From Xylographa opegraphella (Eukaryota): a stretch of DNA of 20,000 nt. Under the pieces are notes generated by a model. That model ran no database searches. It saw only the letters and a list, made by a program, of their open reading frames with translations, and had not been told where the DNA came from. Shown one piece after another: positions 11,946 to 20,000 of the stretch; position 1 is the stretch's first letter, and every line of letters begins with the position of its first letter. Location of the stretch: NCBI GenBank assembly GCA_022813865.1, contig JALDZX010000025.1, positions 302,009-322,008 of the forward strand. The letters are read 5' to 3'. Position numbers and translations under genes: made by a program.

Positions 11946-13218
11946 TATATAAAAATAAAATTCTCAATGTGAAATTGAAACAAAAAAAACTGTTATTGAT
12001 AAATGAATTTTAATATTAAAAATCAGAAAAATATAAAAATAATTTTATAATGATAAAAATATTATCACGAGTTTCGCAGTTTTTATATTTATTGTTAAAA
12101 CTTGAATGAATTATCAGAATTTCCAGTGTTTATTTTTAAATTGATAATTTATTGAATCACGTAATTTATATTAATAATGAATTATTTTTATACATTATAA
12201 TTAATTACGTAAATGTTTTTTATTATAATATAATAATATATTTTTATTATTAAATTAACAATATTAAAAGTTGTATAAAATGGTTAGATTTTAATAAATT
12301 ATTGAATTAAATTTTTTGAGTATTTTTTAATTAATATTTATATTGTTAATTTTATTATTAATTTTGAAATTAATTCTGGAATTCAATTTGTAATTAATGC
12401 CGTAATCAAATTTATAATTATACCGATTATATATTAATCGAACGTATAAATAGCGTTAAAATCCCTAAATTTTTATATTTCGTTAAATAATATTTTTATT
12501 TATATATATAAGCACTGATAAATCAATTTCGTATAAGTTTTTAAAAATTTACATCGAAATAAAGATAATAAATTGATAAATTAATTGATTAATTTAATAA
12601 TTAAACTCGTTAATTTACTCAATTTTTAATTGATTTTTATATTAAACTTGTTAATTCATTATTTGTGCTTTTTTATTTTTCATTTGCATTATTTTGAATT
12701 ATTTTCTATTCAATATTAATATTTTATCCAAATTTTATATTATATATCAATTAATTTTAATTAAAAATTAATTTTATTAATACAGTTTTAATTAATATTG
12801 TATCAATCATTTATTTTTCGTTAATAATAATACGTAAACGTTATTTTTTATCGATTTTAATAGTTTTTGACCGGGCGTATTATATATATATATATGTTTC
12901 ATAATAATATTATAATCGTTAATAAACTCGCGCGCCTCGCTTATATATATTTTAAATTATTTATTATATTTTATTCCGTATTTTTTAATTAAATAATTTA
13001 CGACGGGTTTTTTACGAAATTATTTTTTTACATTTGTTTAATAATTAATTTAATTTAAAAATTTCACTTTCGTGATTATTAATATATATACTGTTATAGG
13101 CTAATCGAAAATAAATTTACAATAAAAATTAAAAATTAGATTTAACGCGGGGTTAAATCACACGATCGTAAAAATTAAATATATTTTTTAATTTATATAA
13201 AATTCGAATTAATATATC

Positions 13219-13409
13219 TATTAAAAGGCACATGTATTTGGATCAGGGCGGGGGCAACAGTAATCGTGTATTCGGTGAAGTTCGGTATAGGCCACGAGAA
13301 CGTGACATATACCTCCTACGCTAGTACTGAACTACGCTATACATAAATAGAACTAGCCTTCAGGTATTCCTTTATGCCTACCAGCAAGTGATGCTTCTAC
13401 CAATTAACA
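13219..13409. mobile_element. Probable solo LTR (191 bp)
   Basis: GC-balanced islet with ends TATTAA (TGTTAA after one G>A)...TTAACA. Candidate TSD ATATC (13214-13218) / ATATT (13410-13414) differs by one C>T. Confidence 0.6.
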
Positions 13410-13490
13410 ATATTCATTATATTCATTATATTCATTATATTCATTATATTCATTATATTCATTATATTCATTATATTCATTGTATTCATT
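13410..13490. repeat. 9-bp tandem repeat (ATATTCATT) x9
   Basis: Eight perfect units followed by one variant unit, GTATTCATT. Confidence 0.95.
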
Positions 13491-14968
13491 ATATTATTAT
13501 CGAATACGTTTTATAATAAATAATAATCACCGAGATTATTTTAATAAATCAATTTATATTCGATATTCAACAATCTTTAAAATAAATATTTAAAAATTTT
13601 GATATCAAATTTTCGCTTAATAATTTACGTATCGTCAACCTTTTATATTCTTTTTGATTTTGTGCGAATTTTATTACATAATATTATATAAAATAACGCT
13701 AAAGTTTTTCTTTTAATATATTGAATTTCAATTTCGATTTTTTTTTGATTTTTTTAATTTAATTTTATTTATTTAATTTTATTTTTATTACTACGCTCGC
13801 GTTTTCCTATTTATTCGTTTAAATAAAAATTGAAATTTAAAATATTGCTAATTTTTCTGTTAATACGAACATTTCTTTCTTTGATATTTTATTATTCATA
13901 AATTTAGGCGTTTATAAAACATTTATATTTTAAATTTCATAATTTCTTTATTAATATTGTAATTGAATTTAAAAGCGCGACAACGATACGTACGAAAATT
14001 ATTTAATTTTTGTTACTAAAAAAATTTATAATAGATGATTATATTAATATTTTTAATAAACGCGTTTATATAACGATCGTGATTTTTTAATTATTACTTA
14101 ATATTCGATTAATTGAAACATTTTTGATTTAAAATTTTCAATAAATTTTTATCGCGAAAAATAAACTGACGTAAATTTAACTATATATATATTCGTAGAA
14201 TATAAATACTTATTTGAATATTTTTCAAAAATTGATGTCGTCGATATAAAAAAATTTTTCACATTATTTTATTAATTTCATTGATTTCTTTATATAATTT
14301 TAACTTTATTATATTGTAATTTGAATTAGAAACGTTATTTCTTATCGAGAAATAAATTAATATTTTACTTTTTGAATTTATTACAGTGTAATTATTATTA
14401 TTAAAATGATTTTTTTCAAATTGAACTTCGATCGTTAATGAAATAAAATAATCCGCTTCGATTATCACTTTATTTCTTTGTGAAATTTGAATTTTCAATG
14501 TTTTGACTTTATTTAAATTATTTACACAGCATTGTATATTCAACGAGAGATTTTTTCACGTCGAATTATCTTGTTCAAATTCGAGTAAATTAAAAATTCA
14601 TCAAAAATCGGCAAATTGAATTTTATGAAATTTACTTGAAATTGCGAATTAAAGCTTTATTGTATTTATTATTTTAGATTATTCAATTTGTTTTTTCATT
14701 CTCGTAATTTACTCGGGGATTGTTACAGAACACCACGATAAGGATTACGAGCCTGTGGTATTGATTGCGTCCGCGCACTGAAGAAACGCACTGGTTATTA
14801 TATTTATAATATTTCCATTGTCTTAATGTACACCGTAAAAGGCCGCAGTTGGTTACAGTAAATGTGCTTCGGAAGCGTTTCAGTCGTACCCTGACAATGT
14901 GGAATATGTCTTTACATCAGCACCCATAGACTATGCCTTCTAATCGCAACTTTCAGTGCGTGGGGCGC

Positions 14969-16346
14969 TCAGTCAGCACCTATATCGATCTCCCGTGTTG
15001 GTCGCCTGGCTCCAACTGTACCCATTCCAGATCCACCTCCAGTACCGTTCGTTCTAGATTCAAGGTCCTTAAATTCCCTTTCCTTTTCCCGTATAACTTT
15101 CTCGCGTTCCTGTCTCACCACCGCTAAAACACCCTCCAGACTGCTTCTCCACGTATCAAGTCGCCCTTGCACCTCCGTCCATTGTTTTTCCCCAAACACC
15201 CGATATGTGCTTCGATGTATCAAGAAGGTCTGGTTCAATTGAGATAATTTGCCTTCAATAAGCCCCGCCCTGACTACGTCAATCACCCACATCTCCACGT
15301 CTTCAGACGGTATCTGAAGTGCTCTACTAATCTGTTGATAAGGCAACGAGCGCGATTGGGTGGAGGCAGCCAACGATGCAAGAGTTAGGAGTCGCATCTT
15401 GCGGTACAGAACTGATGTGTCCAGGCTTTGCTTCTCGATCCATCCATCATGCTCATCTGTGAAGTCATTGTAGTCATCCAAGAGCTCGGCGTTGAAGATT
15501 TCAAGAAGTTCAAAGTAAACGGGATCTGATTTCCGCAAAGCTTGGATTGAATCAAGCGCGGTTAGATCTTGGAAATCGAAGTGCGACGGGTGCATCAACG
15601 CAGCTTTCAGAGCCCGTATCGACAGCATTCGTGCTTCGTCACTCGAAGACTCCTCTGCAGATATGGTTCTTAGCGCCCGCAGGAGATACAGATAAGCTTG
15701 CTCGACTTCACTCGCTTCCTCAGCAACTTCTGCAATGCTAAGGTACAGTTTCCGTTGATCTTCCTCGTCCGTCTCCCACTGCTCAACCCACGAGTCCATG
15801 CTCTTCAACTGAGACTTGAGAGCGTCAAAGGACGAGCTGCCTCGCACCACTCGCAGTATCGCCATAAAAACATGATAGCGGGTTTCATTATCGGCCGGGA
15901 GGATATTAAAGATAGTGGTGAGCACCGCAAGTGCCAGCCCTGGACCATTTGAGGGCGATGATATGATAGGAGCGGACAAATTTTGGCAAATTTTGGGCAG
16001 GAATTTGTCCAAATTAGGAGATTGGCGCACGAGGTGTATGAGTAGGTTGTATGCGGCGATAAATTCTAAGTACATCGATGTCAACATCCATGATAGTGTA
16101 AAGGTTGAGCTTGATCTCAGGCAGCGCACCTTTCTCTGGCGCAGCGTTGAGCACAGCACTGCCAGTTACAAGTTTCTTGAGCGCCTCATCCTTCTGACCT
16201 TGCTCAAGGATTGGCTTAATGTCGGTTTGTAGGGATGAACCATCACCACCCTGTCTCCTACGAATCTCGTCTATATAATGTGCGAGCTCATCTGAAAGCT
16301 CCTCAAAGGAGCCTTCAATCAGTAAAGTATTTGTGGAGCCAGGCAT
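14969..16346 (-). CDS. eIF3m: Eukaryotic translation initiation factor 3 subunit M (PCI domain), 2 exons, ~437 aa
   Basis: Exons 16346-16130 and 16065-14969, with a 64-nt GT-AG intron at 16066-16129. The protein reads MPGSTNTLLIEGSFEELSDELAHYID...NAAPEK/EFIAAYNLLIHL...HFDFQDLTALDSIQAL...KMRLLTLASLAA...VEMWVIDVVRAGLIEGKLSQ...HRSTYRVFGEKQW, typical of fungal eIF3m. Confidence 0.95.
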
Positions 16347-16419
16347 TATTGGAGATTAATCTTTACTGAGGCTTAGTATTAGGACCGAGCAAAAAGTATT
16401 TGTGCGCAACGATTTCTTA

Positions 16420-16660
16420 AAGTAAATTCCGTTACCGCGTAACGGGCCACATGCTAAAAGCGGGTCACTAATTTAACATTATTGCAGCGTAGCTGCTTTA
16501 AGGATGAAAGGGGTTCACATCAAACTTTAACTGTTAATAAAGCAGATTATTCTGCTTCGATTAATACTTTATGATTTTTTCGAGTTTAATTTTACAAGAT
16601 TTTAATTTTATACAGTGTTATGAATTTTAACGAAAATTAATTTTACGTTAATAATAATAT
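16420..16660 (+). mobile_element. Copy B of the TIR-like motif, followed by a degraded centre/right arm of the foldback MITE family
   Basis: 16420-16468 matches 11295-11343 (40/49). 16479-16512 matches 11576-11609 (31/34). Weaker AT-shifted similarity to 11806-11945 continues to about 16660, so the right boundary is uncertain. Confidence 0.7.
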
Positions 16661-19200
16661 TTATACATTTTTGTGACATCGATTTTAATCGATTTATCAA
16701 GAAATTTCTTTTGAAATTTATATAAATAATTTTTTTAAAATATTCTTTTAATTTATAAACGTATATACATCGTTGCGATTATATTATTTTATATATTTAT
16801 ATTAATTTATATAATAAACACGTCGCTCTCGTACAAATATTTTTATTATTAAAAAATATTTTAATAATTTTGTATATATTAATATTTTAATTCTCGCTCG
16901 AAATTTTGTAATAAATTTAATAAATTTTTTATAATTCATGAGTTTCATAACGTTTAAATCGGTTTATTACGTTGTTTTAACGTCGCTCAAATTTTATATT
17001 ATATTAATACGTTTTAAATTATTTATGATTGATTATAACTTTCAATCTCGCATTACGATTTATAATCGAGAATTTTTTTTCCATAATAAATATATTTTTA
17101 AAAATATTTTTTATTTTATAATACTCGTTTGTTAATTACGTCGCTTTTTTTGTCGAAAAATAACGTTAAATTGATTTTTTTAACATTTAATTTATTCTTA
17201 TTCAATTTATTTCGATAAAAAATTAGTATAATCTTTTTCGACAACGTTATTTATATATTTTTCGCGTTCAGCAGTATAATATTTTTAATATTTTTGTTTT
17301 TTTAATTCGTTATTTTTTATTTAAAATTATATATTTTAATCAAAATTTCACTATTACTTTAATTTTATCGTAGATTTTATTTATTTTTTACGTTTTATTT
17401 ATATTTCGTATGTGTAAAATCGCGTAATTTTAAATTTCATCAAAATATAATTTAATCGAGGGTATAATTATTTTTATTTATCGTATTTTTACATGAATTT
17501 TTAAATATTTTTATTATATTACGTAGTTTTTAATAATATAAAACTTGAAGCGAAATTTTAATTTTTATTAAATTTTTAATATCGTTTCGCTTATAATATA
17601 TTTTCGCTTTATATATAATAGTTAATTCAATTATTATATTATATATTGATTTTACTTTCTCAAAAATCGCTTTTAAAATAAAAATATTTAATTTCAATAT
17701 CGTTAATATTTATATCGCGTTTTTAACTTTTATATTTAATGAATATACGCTTTAATTCAATATCGTATTAATTTAAACATTTAAATCTTTAATTTTTTTT
17801 AATTAATAATAACTTTCACTATTTAAAATATCATTATTATATTCAATTATCTGAAAGTATTTAAAAATAAATTCTATTATATTTTTTAAACGTGAAAACG
17901 ACGTTATATTTATTTGTTTTTATTATATAATTTCCGTATATTTTGTTGAATATTTTATGCAAAGATTCGATTAAACAGTCGTAAATTGATATTTTAACAT
18001 CGTTTACTAAATTTATTAAATACAATTTTTGAATTAAATTTATTACAATTATTAACAAAAATTTACGTTAAAAATTGTAATAAATAAATAATATCAGTAT
18101 GATAAAATGAATATTTTATTGAAATATTCACTAAAATACGGGAAAATATTACTTTTTTATAAAAAAAATTAAATATACGACTACGTTAATTTATTTTTAA
18201 ATTAACGTTAAAATAATTAATTAATAATATAAAAGGTGTTTTATTAAGTAACCTTATTTTTAATATTCTTATTTAATATTTTTACTTAATATTCTTACTT
18301 AATATTCTTATTTAATATTTTTATTCAATATTTTTATTCAATATTTTTATTTAATGTTTTTATTGAATGTTTTCATTTAATATTTATTAAATCATTAACT
18401 TTTATTATTTTTTAAATTTAATTGAATAATAATTTTTAAAGCTAAATTTAGGCAGTGTTGTAATTCATTCATTTACGATTAAATTTTACGTAAAAATCAA
18501 AATAACTTGAATTTAATTTTTCCATTAAAGTTTTCAATAAAATAATAAAAAACGTTAATATGTTTCAATTTTTCATAAATATAAACGTTTTTGATTGACG
18601 TTAATAATATTTTATTATTTTTTAATTATATCGATGAACTTTTTTAATATTAATTATTTCTTATAATATTAATATTATTCCAATGGATATTGAAATATTT
18701 ACTACAGTTCAAAATTTTAAATAATTATATAATCTAAATATTTTTTGATTTAATCTAACAGAACTATATATTTGATTTTAATTATCGAAATAAATATTGA
18801 TTTTTATTTTTAACTTGCTTAAACAATTGATTTTTCGTTCAATATATTATAGATATAAATTTTTAATTTTATTTATTAATCGCTTAATATAATTAATAAA
18901 ATTCAAATTTTGATTGCCCTCGTGAATTACTTTAAAATCAATCCTTACTTAAACGTAATAAATTAACAATTAAAATATTTAAATAAAATATTTTTACACT
19001 GCGACGTGAGTTGAATAAAACTGAATTATTGAATAAATAATTCAACTCACTTTGAATAAATTTATTTGTAAATTGGATTGAAATTCTTTATAAGTTAAGT
19101 TAAATTAACTGAATTAATTTAAATATATAATTATATAAAATCATATTATACATAAAATTTGTATAATAAATTATATAACTATTTTTATAATAATTGCGAA
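16661..19200. repeat. AT-rich RIP-degraded repeat DNA, family not identified
   Basis: Same composition as the other AT blocks. The short ORFs here are I/N/K/F/Y-rich compositional artefacts. Confidence 0.6.
18260..18384. repeat. Degenerate 12-bp tandem repeat (~10 units, TTAATATTYTTA-like)
   Basis: ttaatattctta tttaatattttta cttaatattctta cttaatattctta tttaatattttta ttcaatattttta..., period 12. Confidence 0.75.
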
Positions 19201-19286
19201 TTTTTACGCTTGTATAATTTGTAAATTTGCGCGTATTTATTGAATTTATATATATATTATACGCCTGCGTGACCTGTAAATGTACG

Positions 19287-19690
19287 CGTATTTTATTTTA
19301 ATAAGCGTATTTCGCAGGTTTACGCGTATATTATACGTCTGCGATTTTACGGGCCAGCGTAATCTGTACGTATTTTATTATAATAAACGTATTTCGCAGA
19401 CCTGCGCGTATTTATTATGTCTGCGAGCCTGCGTGGCCTGTATATATATTCGCCACGTTTCCGAATTGGCAAATTTGCGTAGCCTGCGCGTATTTTATTA
19501 TAATAAACGTATTTTGCAGGCCTGCGCGTATTTATTACGTTTGCAAATTTGCGATGCTTATATATATATTCGTTACGCCTGCGAATCTGGGAATTTACGT
19601 GATTTATACGTATTTTATTATAATAAATATATTTCGCAAATCTGCGCGAATTTCATTAATAAGCGAATTTCGCAAATTTGCGCGTATTAT
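19287..19690. repeat. Degenerate 120-bp-period tandem repeat
   Basis: The anchor cgtattttattataataaa recurs at 19369, 19489 and 19609 (exact 120-bp spacing), with a variant at 19287. Units contain short CCTGCG-like subrepeats. Confidence 0.85.
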
Positions 19691-19938
19691 GCAAATGTAT
19701 ATTATAAACTTGTATTGTGAAATACAATACAAAATTCGAAATTTTTCGTTTACCATATTTTAATTTTAAAAATCGAATTTTAAAAAAATTAATTTACAAA
19801 CGAAGTTAATTTAAAATTTAATTTACGCAAGCTTTACGATATTTGATTAATTACAATATTTAACGTTCGATAAAGATTTTTTAATTTTAATAATTGAAAT
19901 TTTTATTAAAAACGAAGGCATTTAATACGTAAAATTAC

Positions 19939-20000
<62 letters not shown>
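19939..20000. repeat. (AAT)n microsatellite, at least 20 units, running off the window end
   Basis: Perfect AAT run from 19939 to the last base of the window. Confidence 0.97.

Larger units (their letters stand above)
11948..14727. repeat. AT-rich RIP-degraded repeat block between the two genes
   Basis: Extreme AT content with retained CpG. Contains repeat copy 2 (~12433-12570). It ends sharply at ...GATTGTTACA (14727), an LTR-like terminus, where GC-balanced sequence resumes. Confidence 0.65.

Noticed and set aside
11300..11950. Group I intron or structured ncRNA in the GC-rich patch upstream of APL5
   Set aside because: The structure is fully explained by the TIR, the foldback MITE and the solo LTR with TSDs. 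No group I core motifs were recognised.
14933..16232. Plus-strand ORFs overlapping eIF3m, and the 396-aa ORF start at 16159
   Set aside because: The plus-strand ORFs are antisense shadows. The 16159 start lies out of frame in exon 1 and reads through the intron; the true start is 16346.
14259..18058. Short ORFs in AT blocks (14259-14543, 16938-17135, 17861-18058)
   Set aside because: I/N/K/F/Y-rich products of AT-shifted DNA. They may be TE relic frames, but no family motif could be read.
18453..19050. hAT-like ends CAGTGT (18453) / ACACTG (19001) and an 11-bp hairpin GTGAGTTGAAT...ATTCAACTCAC (19006-19050)
   Set aside because: Only 6 bp of terminal match and no 8-bp TSD. The hairpin is real but cannot be tied to any element.
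19287..19690. CRISPR-like array
   Set aside because: The context is eukaryotic, the sequences between anchors are homologous to each other rather than unique spacers, and there are no cas genes.

Overview
Filamentous ascomycete (Pezizomycotina-type) genomic DNA with a mosaic structure. Three very AT-rich blocks (~1-6290, ~11390-14727, ~16520-20000) look like RIP-degraded transposon relics. They separate two GC-balanced gene islands. Island 1 holds an intact 6-exon AP-3 complex delta subunit gene (minus strand, ATG split by the first intron) and a decayed PTH11-like membrane-receptor pseudogene (plus strand). Island 2 holds an intact 2-exon eIF3 subunit M gene (minus strand). The AT-rich blocks contain a readable Ty3/Gypsy chromovirus pol relic, three short GC-rich solo LTRs, a foldback MITE with a nested solo LTR, and several tandem repeats. 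The most unusual observation is a two-part module: a 49-bp pogo/Fot1-TIR-like motif plus a piece of the foldback element. It sits in the same orientation immediately upstream of both housekeeping genes, at the gene/AT-block boundary. All alignments were done by eye and no database search was run.
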